62,752 nucleotides of DNA from Candidatus Nomurabacteria bacterium (lineage in GTDB: Bacteria; Patescibacteriota; Minisyncoccia; Phycocordibacterales; UBA9973). Both the position numbers and the translations under genes were made by a program. The notes under the pieces are model-generated. The model was not told the origin of the DNA. It was given only the letters and a program-made list of their open reading frames with translations, and searched no databases. The stretch is from contig JAYVMR010000020.1 in NCBI GenBank assembly GCA_043758875.1, positions 1-62,752 of the forward strand. Direction: 5' to 3'. Of this stretch, positions 26,442-33,698 are shown piece by piece (the stretch's first letter is position 1; every line of letters begins with the position of its first letter).

Positions 26442-26693
26442 ATGCCACCACCAATATATATCACTGTTAAATACAATCAGACATTACAAGTAATTACAGG
26501 AGTAGGGGAGGATCCGATGATCATGAGCGAGGGATCGACGTTTTCATGGCTGTTGCAATGCATTTTTACCTCGTATCCGGAGATTCCCAAGACCTATGCG
26601 CCTGGCGTATTGCGCTTCTTGGTCAATGGCGTGGCGCCCAAGACGTACAGTCCGTTATTAGATGGGGATGAAGTCTGCTTTTGGACGGAGTGA
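26442..26693 (+). CDS. MoaD/ThiS-like beta-grasp (ubiquitin-like) protein lacking a C-terminal GG
   Basis: 83 aa from ATG; YITVKY...TFSWLLQCIFTSYPEI...FLVNGV...LLDGDEVCFW follows the MoaD/ThiS pattern but ends ...FWTE. Confidence 0.5.
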   Translation: MPPPIYITVKYNQTLQVITGVGEDPMIMSEGSTFSWLLQCIFTSYPEIPKTYAPGVLRFLVNGVAPKTYSPLLDGDEVCFWTE

Positions 26694-26699
26694 AGAAAT

Positions 26700-27536
26700 A
26701 TGAAGAAAGAAATTATTCAAACTTTAACGAGTAGTTTTGAAGCCCATGCTCATAAAACAACTGAGGATGTAGAATTTTGGCTCGCAAGAGATGTACAGCA
26801 TTTACTGGGGTATAATCAATGGCGTAATTTTTTAAGCGTTATTTTAAAGGCCAAAATAGCGTGTGAGGGCAGTGGTTATAATCCTGGCGATCATTTTGCT
26901 GACGTCAGCAAAATGATCGCTTTAGGCAAAGACGGTCAACGCAAAATTGAAGATATTATGCTTACTCGGTATGCCTGCTATCTTATAGCCCAAAACGGCG
27001 ATCCGCGTAAAGAAGAAATTGCTTTTGCTCAAAATTATTTCGCCGTACAAACCAGAAAGCTTGAATTAATTGAAAAAAGAATACAAAAGTTTGAACGTTT
27101 AATGGCGCGGCAAAAGTTAACTGAAACCGAAAAAGAACTCTCTGGCATTATCTTCCAACAAACGGGGAGTGACAAGGACTTTGGAATTATTCGCAGCAAG
27201 GGAGACAAGGCGCTGTTTGGATATACCACTCAAGAAATGAAACGACGACTCAATATTCCCGAAAGTCGCGCATTGGCAGATTTTCAGCCTACTATTATTT
27301 TAAAGGCGAAAGATTTTGCGACAGAAATTACTATTTTTAATTCAAAAGCAAAAATGCTGACTTCGGAACAATTTATTTCTGCAGAACATGTTATTAATAA
27401 TAAAAGCGTGAGAAAAACATTATTAAATCGAGGTATTATCCCCGAGCAATTGCCTGTTGAAGAAGATATTAAAAAAGTAGAAAGAAAATTAAAATCAGAA
27501 GACAGTAAAAATATCAAAAAAACAGAAAAGCTGTAA
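26700..27536 (+). CDS. DinD-like (DNA-damage-inducible protein D / Bro-N-related) protein
   Basis: [20 protein letters not shown]...[32 protein letters not shown] matches the DinD pattern. Confidence 0.72.
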   Translation: MKKEIIQTLTSSFEAHAHKTTEDVEFWLARDVQHLLGYNQWRNFLSVILKAKIACEGSGYNPGDHFADVSKMIALGKDGQRKIEDIMLTRYACYLIAQNGDPRKEEIAFAQNYFAVQTRKLELIEKRIQKFERLMARQKLTETEKELSGIIFQQTGSDKDFGIIRSKGDKALFGYTTQEMKRRLNIPESRALADFQPTIILKAKDFATEITIFNSKAKMLTSEQFISAEHVINNKSVRKTLLNRGIIPEQLPVEEDIKKVERKLKSEDSKNIKKTEKL

Positions 27537-27594
27537 GGAATTATATTTACAAAATAATCATTAATCAAGTCAATTTGTAAATAATCCGTCAAAT

Positions 27595-27603
27595 TGCTAT
27601 AGT
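27595..27603 (+). promoter_or_regulatory. Extended -10 (TGcTATAGT) ending 6 nt before ATG 27610
   Basis: tgctatagt-aatact-ATG. Confidence 0.6.
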
Positions 27604-27609
27604 AATACT

Positions 27610-28347
27610 ATGTCTACCTGGATACAACACAAGCGCAAGGCAGCGGGGCTTTCTCAAACCGAAGTGGCAAAAAGTCTGGGTATTTCCCGCCCAACGTATC
27701 TGAAGCTGGAGCAAGGCGCACTGAAAGCCAGCGAGCAACAAAAGGCCTTGCTGGCAAGTATTTTCGGCGTATCGCATCATACGCTTGAAAAAAATAGTGT
27801 GGAAAAAAAGCCTCAGACCAAGGATATACACATCAGGGAAATTCCTCGGGAACATACCGAGAAATTCAAGCAAGTATTGCTGTATATTGTCAGCAAGGTC
27901 GGCGGTCGTCCCAATATCGGACAAACGGCATTGTACAAACTGCTGTATTTCATCGATTTTGACTATTATGAAAAATACCAACAGTATTTGATCGGGGCCA
28001 CGTATATTAAGAATACCCACGGGCCGAGTCCGGTCTCTTTTGCCAAGATCGTTCGTGATTTGGAGGAGCAAGGCAAGCTGGTGGAAGTGCGTAGTAAGTT
28101 CTTTCAGTATGATCAGAAAAAATACGTGGCCACCGGTGAGTCAGAAGTGTCATTGCTCAGCGCATCCGAACTGAAACATATCAATGACGAGCTCGAACGA
28201 TTGGCGTCAAAAACAACCAAGGAATTGTCCGACCTGTCGCATATTGACACGCCATGGCGCGTGGCCGAGGACAAGGCCGTGCTGAACTACCGCCATGTAT
28301 TTTATCGGCCGGACGAAACATCAGTAGGCGACTATGAGCCACTTTGA
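27610..28347 (+). CDS. XRE-HTH plus DUF4065 (Panacea/SocA-like) antitoxin
   Basis: N-terminal KRKAAGLSQTEVAKSLGISRPTYLKLEQG; then TALYKLLYFIDFDYYEKY...THGPSP, typical of DUF4065. Confidence 0.78.
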   Translation: MSTWIQHKRKAAGLSQTEVAKSLGISRPTYLKLEQGALKASEQQKALLASIFGVSHHTLEKNSVEKKPQTKDIHIREIPREHTEKFKQVLLYIVSKVGGRPNIGQTALYKLLYFIDFDYYEKYQQYLIGATYIKNTHGPSPVSFAKIVRDLEEQGKLVEVRSKFFQYDQKKYVATGESEVSLLSASELKHINDELERLASKTTKELSDLSHIDTPWRVAEDKAVLNYRHVFYRPDETSVGDYEPL

Positions 28348-28672
28348 TCAATTGCCTGAATTCGAAAAAGAATTCAAAAAGCTTTCAAAAAAATATTCCA
28401 GTCTTGGGCGCGATATTGAAGATATCAAGGCAGTCCTTTCACAGTCACCGACCGGCATCGGTAAGAATTTTACCATTATTAAAATAGTGAATGACGTAAA
28501 AATAGTGAAAGTCCGCATTCACTGCGAATCCCTCAGGGCCAGAACGATCAGGCTGATATACGCGTATCATGCCGACCGTGTCACGTTTATGTATATTCAG
28601 TTGTACGCAAAGGGTGACAAAGAAAATGAAGACAAAGCCCGTATCGATGACTATATCAACAAGATAGTGTAG
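28334..28672 (+). CDS. RelE/ParE-superfamily-like toxin (putative)
   Basis: 112 aa; FEKEFKKLSKKY...VKVRI...IRLIYAYHADRVTFMYIQLYAKGDKEN follows the RelE/HigB-type pattern; 14-nt overlap with the antitoxin 3' end. Confidence 0.62.
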   Translation: MSHFDQLPEFEKEFKKLSKKYSSLGRDIEDIKAVLSQSPTGIGKNFTIIKIVNDVKIVKVRIHCESLRARTIRLIYAYHADRVTFMYIQLYAKGDKENEDKARIDDYINKIV

Positions 28673-28681
28673 GATAGTGCT

Positions 28682-29245
28682 ATGAACATAACCTCCGCGC
28701 AATTTATTAAGGGAGTCACGGATGGCAGGGAAGTCGAGGATTTGGCGTTTCCGCAGGTGGCCTTTATAGGCCGATCGAATGTCGGGAAGTCGAGTACTAT
28801 CAATACATTGACCAGGGTCAAAGGCTTGGCCAAGACCAGTTCGTTTCCCGGGCGCACACGGCAGATCAATGTCTTTTTGATCAATAACAAGTTTTATCTC
28901 ATTGACTTGCCGGGCTACGGCTATGCCAAGGTTTCCAAAGTCGATCGCGCGGCCATCGAGGAAGTCATCAACAGCTATCTGTTCAATCCCGCCATCATGC
29001 AAAAGAAAGTCGTGCTGATCATCGACGCATTCGTCGGTCCGACCGAGTCTGACTTGGAAATGCTCGACGCGCTGTTAGAGCGCACAAAAGACGTCGTGAT
29101 ACTGGCCAATAAGATCGACAAGGTCAAAAAATCCCATCAAAAGGCGACTCTGGATAAGATCAAGGAAACATTGCACGGGCAAACAGTCATTCCTTTTTCT
29201 GCAGAGGAAAAGATCGGAGTGAGTGAAATTTTATCCCTTTTTTAA
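28682..29245 (+). CDS. engB: Ribosome-biogenesis GTPase YihA/EngB
   Basis: FIGRSNVGKSSTIN (G1), DLPGYGY (G3), ANKIDK (G4). Confidence 0.9.
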   Translation: MNITSAQFIKGVTDGREVEDLAFPQVAFIGRSNVGKSSTINTLTRVKGLAKTSSFPGRTRQINVFLINNKFYLIDLPGYGYAKVSKVDRAAIEEVINSYLFNPAIMQKKVVLIIDAFVGPTESDLEMLDALLERTKDVVILANKIDKVKKSHQKATLDKIKETLHGQTVIPFSAEEKIGVSEILSLF

Positions 29246-29983
29246 TTTTGCCACATCCTCTTCATTGAGTCGGCGGACGGCGCCGGGCTTCATGGTGCCG
29301 ATCTTCATAAAGCCGATGTCGGTGCGGATCAATGACTCAACGTTGAGATGACACACGTCGCACATGCGGCGGATCTGGTGCTTGCGTCCTTCATGCAGCA
29401 CGATGGTAAAGCTCTTGCGAGAGAGACGCTTTGTCTTTGCGGGCTTCGTCTTTACTTTACTTCGTCCCGCCGTAGCTTTAGCGAAGGAGGATCCATCTAA
29501 TAGAATGCCGCTCGCCATTTTCCGCAATGCTTCATCGGTCACATTTTCGCGTACCGTCACTTCATACGTTTTGCCGACAGTGGAATTTTCTTGCGTCAAC
29601 GCCCGCGCCAATGAGCCGTCATTGGACATGATGATCAAACCCTCGGAATCCTTATCGAGACGACCGATTGGCGCCAGGTGCTTGAATCTAGGAAAATAAT
29701 CATGGAGATCTTTGGATGAAGCGCCTGTAGCATTGGTTTCAATATCCCGGGGCTTGTACACCAAAATGGATTCCTTGCCGGCTTGGATGTCGCCTTTGAT
29801 GTCGATCGTGTCTTTACCGACAATGATGCCAAAGCCGGGTTCTTTGATGACCTTGCCGTTGACTTTTACCAGTCCGGCCACAATCAATGCCTTGGCTTCG
29901 CGACGAGAGGCTAACCCTTGGTGGGCCAATGCGCGCTCGAGGCGTTCAAGGCCCGGCGCCAGTGTTTTTTTGGAGATAGTCAT
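29231..29983 (-). CDS. rRNA pseudouridine synthase, RsuA/RluB family (S4 domain plus catalytic domain)
   Basis: LERALAHQGLASRREAKALIVAGLVKVNG (S4), PIGRLDKDSEGLIIMSNDG (catalytic Asp); start taken at MTISKK. Confidence 0.88.
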   Translation of the reverse strand: MTISKKTLAPGLERLERALAHQGLASRREAKALIVAGLVKVNGKVIKEPGFGIIVGKDTIDIKGDIQAGKESILVYKPRDIETNATGASSKDLHDYFPRFKHLAPIGRLDKDSEGLIIMSNDGSLARALTQENSTVGKTYEVTVRENVTDEALRKMASGILLDGSSFAKATAGRSKVKTKPAKTKRLSRKSFTIVLHEGRKHQIRRMCDVCHLNVESLIRTDIGFMKIGTMKPGAVRRLNEEDVAKLKKG

Positions 29984-30023
29984 GATTTTGCGAGTATAGC
30001 ACGCATAGTATAAAATACCGTGC

Positions 30024-30419
30024 ATGCATTCCGTGGAAGACATAATAGAAGTGGCGCAAAGCCTGCAAGACAAAGGGCAAAATGAGCAAGCATTGGAAGC
30101 GTTCAGCCGGGCCTTTGACCTATTGATCGACCAGGCCGGGCAGTATGCTCGCGCTCAGGAAGCCGACACGACCGACGACGAATTACGCACGATCGCGCCG
30201 CGGCTGTTCGAGCACTCCACCGTATTTTTGAAAAAGAATATCATGGCGGCGTACTTGCTCAATGCCATGGGCGTGCTCTTCGGGCAAATGAAAGACTATG
30301 ACAATGCGCAACAAAAGTTCCTCGAAGCTATTGCTTATATTCCCGACAACATCGAGTATAGCGATCCGGCTGACAATCTCGAGCGCATTGCCGGCGAAGC
30401 TGCCGCCTTCGAAGAATAA
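30024..30419 (+). CDS. Hypothetical helical (TPR-like) protein
   Basis: 131-aa ORF; the QNEQALEAFSRAF and DYDNAQQKFLEAIAYIPDN repeats look TPR-like. Confidence 0.5.
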   Translation: MHSVEDIIEVAQSLQDKGQNEQALEAFSRAFDLLIDQAGQYARAQEADTTDDELRTIAPRLFEHSTVFLKKNIMAAYLLNAMGVLFGQMKDYDNAQQKFLEAIAYIPDNIEYSDPADNLERIAGEAAAFEE

Positions 30420-30464
30420 CGTATTACTTTTTATTATTGTAGGCTATACTTCTCTCATACATTC

Positions 30465-31598
30465 ATGGGAAAACTGCGGAACATACATGTTGGAGTGTTG
30501 GCGATCACGATCGTGATTTTTAGTGTCGGAGGATACGCATTACATTTTTATACAACCAAAACAGCGTACTCGGCGACCGTTCCCGCTGCTCCTATTATCA
30601 CTCCTGTTGCCGCTACTTTACATATCCGTACTCCGGCTCATGTCACGGGTATTTATATTTCCGGATGGAGCGCCGGCACCGCGTCGAGCATGCGACACAT
30701 CGATACGTTGTTGGCCGGCGGCAAGCTGACCGCCGTAGTCATCGATATCAAAGACGCGACCGGGCGATTGTCCTACATGCCACAAGACCCTGCATTACGA
30801 GCCAGCAGGGTCGGTACCAATCGCATCGCGCACTTGGCGGCACTGATCCAGTCATTGCATGACAAGCATATCTATGTCATCGGTCGTATTTCAGTCTTTC
30901 AAGATCAGTACTATCCGACGCTTCATCCTGAGGATGCATTACAAGACAAGACCGGCGGTCCTTGGAAAGACCCCAAAGGATTGGAATATTTACAGGCCAA
31001 CAATACCGATATCTGGCACTACACCGAACGCATCGCCGAAGACGCCTATGCCCAAGGCTTTGACGAGATCAATCTCGACTACGTGCGTTTTCCTTCCGAC
31101 GGCCGGTTGCGGGATATTGATGTGAGTACCTTCGCCAAAAACAAACAAGACACTATTGTCGATTTCTTCACTGATATTGATGCAACATTGCGCCAGCAAG
31201 ATCACATTCCGGTGTCAGCCGATATTTTCGGACTGACACTGAGCGCCAATGACGATATGGGTATCGGTCAGAAATTGGAATTGATCGCGCCGCATGTCGA
31301 CTATGTCTGTCCGATGATCTACCCTTCGCATTTCTGGCCGGGCAGTTACGGATTTCAAAATCCGGCCAATCATCCGTACGAGATCATCCATGCCGCATTG
31401 GACCATGGCAAGGATAAATTACGAGCGGCCGGCATCACGACCAGCAAGCTGCGTCCTTGGCTGCAGGATTTCAGTTTGGGGACATTCTATACGCCGACTA
31501 TGGTCCAAGCCCAGATCACTGCTACCAACGATGTCGGATTGTCATCTTGGCTGATGTGGGATGCGGGCAACATATACACTTCATCTGTGTACAAATAG
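30465..31598 (+). CDS. Putative TIM-barrel glycoside hydrolase (DUF4015/GHL-like), membrane-anchored
   Basis: N-terminal TM segment; FDEINLDYVRFPSDG and PMIYPSHF motifs. Confidence 0.6.
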   Translation: MGKLRNIHVGVLAITIVIFSVGGYALHFYTTKTAYSATVPAAPIITPVAATLHIRTPAHVTGIYISGWSAGTASSMRHIDTLLAGGKLTAVVIDIKDATGRLSYMPQDPALRASRVGTNRIAHLAALIQSLHDKHIYVIGRISVFQDQYYPTLHPEDALQDKTGGPWKDPKGLEYLQANNTDIWHYTERIAEDAYAQGFDEINLDYVRFPSDGRLRDIDVSTFAKNKQDTIVDFFTDIDATLRQQDHIPVSADIFGLTLSANDDMGIGQKLELIAPHVDYVCPMIYPSHFWPGSYGFQNPANHPYEIIHAALDHGKDKLRAAGITTSKLRPWLQDFSLGTFYTPTMVQAQITATNDVGLSSWLMWDAGNIYTSSVYK

Positions 31599-31625
31599 TT
31601 GCTATACTATATCCATTACTCGTAA

Positions 31626-31631
31626 TATAAT
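31626..31631 (+). promoter_or_regulatory. -10 box (TATAAT) ending 6 nt before ATG 31638
   Basis: tataat-tgtcat-ATG. Confidence 0.45.
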
Positions 31632-31637
31632 TGTCAT

Positions 31638-31700
31638 ATGGCCAAAGGCGTACGCTCTCAAAAAGAAGCGAAAAAACCAAAAAAAGATAAGAAGAAATAA
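31638..31700 (+). CDS. Candidate 20-aa lysine-rich micro-ORF (MAKGVRSQKEAKKPKKDKKK)
   Basis: Not in the ORF track; flanked by a leaderless-type -10 box and a strong terminator at 31715-31746. Confidence 0.35.
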   Translation: MAKGVRSQKEAKKPKKDKKK

Positions 31701-31714
31701 GCTCTTTTATTCAT

Positions 31715-31746
31715 GAAAAAAGACTGGGTACTGCCAGTCTTTTTTC
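31715..31746 (+). terminator. Rho-independent terminator
   Basis: aaaaaa-agactgg-gtactg-ccagtct-tttttt. Confidence 0.75.
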
Positions 31747-31818
31747 TTATTCGTGTGCCATAGCTTTAGCGGCGGCGGATGCTATAATAAGAGTATTACT
31801 TATTAATAAAACGTTTAT

Positions 31819-32199
31819 ATGGTTGCATTATTTATTATCGGGCACGTGGTATTGGGATTGTACTTTTTACAAAGCGGCATCACTCACTTTTTCAAGGCTA
31901 ATTACTTGGCCGGCTATGCCGCTTCAAAAGGCGTGCCGTTCGCCAAGGTTGCCGTCATTGCTTCCGGCGCATTGTTCGCCTTGGGCGGTATTTCGCTTAT
32001 CGGCTGGACCGGCTTCCGTCCCGACATCGGCATCGGCTTGATCATTTTGGCATTGTTGCCGATCACCACCATGATGCATAATTTCTGGACGATCAAAGAT
32101 CCGATGCAGCGCGCCAATGAAGAAATAGGCTTCATGAAAAATATCGCGCTTATCGCGGCATTGATGCTGATCTTGGCCTACGTATTGGCCATCGGCTAA
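31819..32199 (+). CDS. DoxX-family membrane protein
   Basis: 126 aa, 4 TM segments; FLQSGITHF...VIASGALFALGGISLI pattern. Confidence 0.78.
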   Translation: MVALFIIGHVVLGLYFLQSGITHFFKANYLAGYAASKGVPFAKVAVIASGALFALGGISLIGWTGFRPDIGIGLIILALLPITTMMHNFWTIKDPMQRANEEIGFMKNIALIAALMLILAYVLAIG

Positions 32200-32200
32200 C

Positions 32201-32653
32201 ATGCGGTACTGGCTCTTGAAAAGCGAAGGCGATTGCTACTCAATCGATGATTTGCAACGCGACCAGCAAACGGCCTGGACCGGCATTCGCAACTACCAAG
32301 CGCGCAATTTCATGCGCGATGACATGAAGTCGGGGGACAAGGCATTGTTCTATCATTCCAATAGCAAGCCGACGGGCATTTATGGTGTGGCAAAGATCGT
32401 CAGCAACGCCAAACCCGACGCAACGCAATTCGACAAAAAGGACGGTCATTATGATGCTACCAGCACAAAGGCCGATCCGCGATGGTATTGCGTGGACGTG
32501 TTATTCGTCAAAAAGTTTCCCGAACCGATTTCTCTGCAAGAAATAAAGAATGATCCCCACCTCGAAGGCATGATGGTGCGCCAACCCGGCAGCCGCCTGT
32601 CCGTGCAGCCCGTGTCAGAAAAACACTTTAATTACATCACCAAGGAATTGTAA
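32201..32653 (+). CDS. EVE (PUA-like) domain protein
   Basis: MRYWLLKSEGDCYSIDDL...WTGIRNYQARNFMRDDMKSGDKALFYHS. Confidence 0.85.
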   Translation: MRYWLLKSEGDCYSIDDLQRDQQTAWTGIRNYQARNFMRDDMKSGDKALFYHSNSKPTGIYGVAKIVSNAKPDATQFDKKDGHYDATSTKADPRWYCVDVLFVKKFPEPISLQEIKNDPHLEGMMVRQPGSRLSVQPVSEKHFNYITKEL

Positions 32654-32674
32654 GAAAATTTCACTTAGGAGCTG

Positions 32675-32725
32675 AGCTGCTAAGTGTTAGGTACTCGGTA
32701 CCTAACACAATGGCAGCTGCTAAGT
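32675..32725. repeat. 11-bp-stem palindrome bracketed by an 11-nt direct repeat
   Basis: agctgctaagt at 32675-32685 and 32715-32725; palindrome gtgttaggtac-tcg-gtacctaacac at 32684-32708. Confidence 0.75.
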
Positions 32726-32794
32726 AGTCACCATCTGTACTTTTATGGGTTGTATGGTAAGGTAAATAAAAAGCACATAAAAAAAGGAGGAAAA

Positions 32795-33574
32795 GTGAAG
32801 AATACAGTTTTTAAGGTTGAGGAAACAACCTATCTTTCCACGGCGCGATTCATGGAAGCGTTTAAAAAGTTAGTGGTGATGAAATGCACACCGCAAGACT
32901 GGTCGGTCACATTGGCCAGTTTGATCGAGAACAAAGCACTGCATCGCTATCTGAGAAGAAGTAAAAGAACAAAAGGCATTCAAATCATTTTTCGTTATGA
33001 AAATAACAAAAATGGCAAGATGGTGATTATTCTTACAACGTATGATGCGCGAACCGGTACGGCCAAACGGGTCGGTTCGGGGTGGGTGATGATCATTGAT
33101 CGTCGAAATAAAAAGCCGTTCTTTTGGTTTCAATTGCGACGCACCAGGTATTTCTTGAAGCGATTGCTGGAAGTCACTGAACTGATGATAGCGATTGTGG
33201 ATAATTGGCCGACCTGTCCTGAATGTGGGCAAGACCTGCTCATGGTGCAAGTTCCCAACATCATGCACATGCGAGCATTTACCTGCCACAACAGTACTTT
33301 TAAACATCGTAAGCTCAAACCTTATTTCTTGATTACCACCATGGTATTGCCAGAAAAATATCTGACCATGATGAGGAATCGTTTTGACGAGTTTTACATG
33401 TATCGTCGCGCTGAGGCAGAACAGGGAAATGATCGCCAATATGCTCGTATCATTCGTAGCCGGAGAAATCAAGACACTGATCAAGCAGCTGTTTCTGAAG
33501 ATTGGTACGGAGACCTACGATACGAACCTAAAAACGGCGAAACAATTTATTATGATGAAGCCCATCCTGAATAA
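32795..33574 (+). CDS. Hypothetical protein with a CPxC...CH zinc-ribbon-like motif
   Basis: GTG start 4 nt after aaaggagg, the only strong SD seen in the window; WPTCPECGQDL...FTCHNSTFKH. Confidence 0.5.
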   Translation: MKNTVFKVEETTYLSTARFMEAFKKLVVMKCTPQDWSVTLASLIENKALHRYLRRSKRTKGIQIIFRYENNKNGKMVIILTTYDARTGTAKRVGSGWVMIIDRRNKKPFFWFQLRRTRYFLKRLLEVTELMIAIVDNWPTCPECGQDLLMVQVPNIMHMRAFTCHNSTFKHRKLKPYFLITTMVLPEKYLTMMRNRFDEFYMYRRAEAEQGNDRQYARIIRSRRNQDTDQAAVSEDWYGDLRYEPKNGETIYYDEAHPE

Positions 33575-33626
33575 TATCAGGGGGGGGCTTTTTTTATTAT
33601 CTTTATGATAAAGTTTTGCTTTACTA

Positions 33627-33649
33627 TTTCTTCAGATATTCTTGAACAC
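33627..33649 (+). promoter_or_regulatory. 23-nt promoter-proximal motif, copy 2 (tttcttcagatattcttgaAcac)
   Basis: Matches 26398-26420; a TATGAT box follows after 8 nt. Confidence 0.5.
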
Positions 33650-33683
33650 CAATGTTCTATGATGGTATGGTGGACAGGACATC

Positions 33684-33692
33684 TGCTATACT
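33684..33692 (+). promoter_or_regulatory. Extended -10 (TGcTATACT) ending 6 nt before ATG 33699
   Basis: tgctatact-tatcgt-ATG. Confidence 0.6.
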
Positions 33693-33698
33693 TATCGT

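Noticed and set aside
30130-30160. gcgctcagga in the 30024-30419 ORF, and gcgctcagg at 55203-55211, as degenerate copies of the dispersed element.
   Set aside because: Only 9-10 nt match, without the ccttcgac half or palindromic ends. This is within chance expectation.
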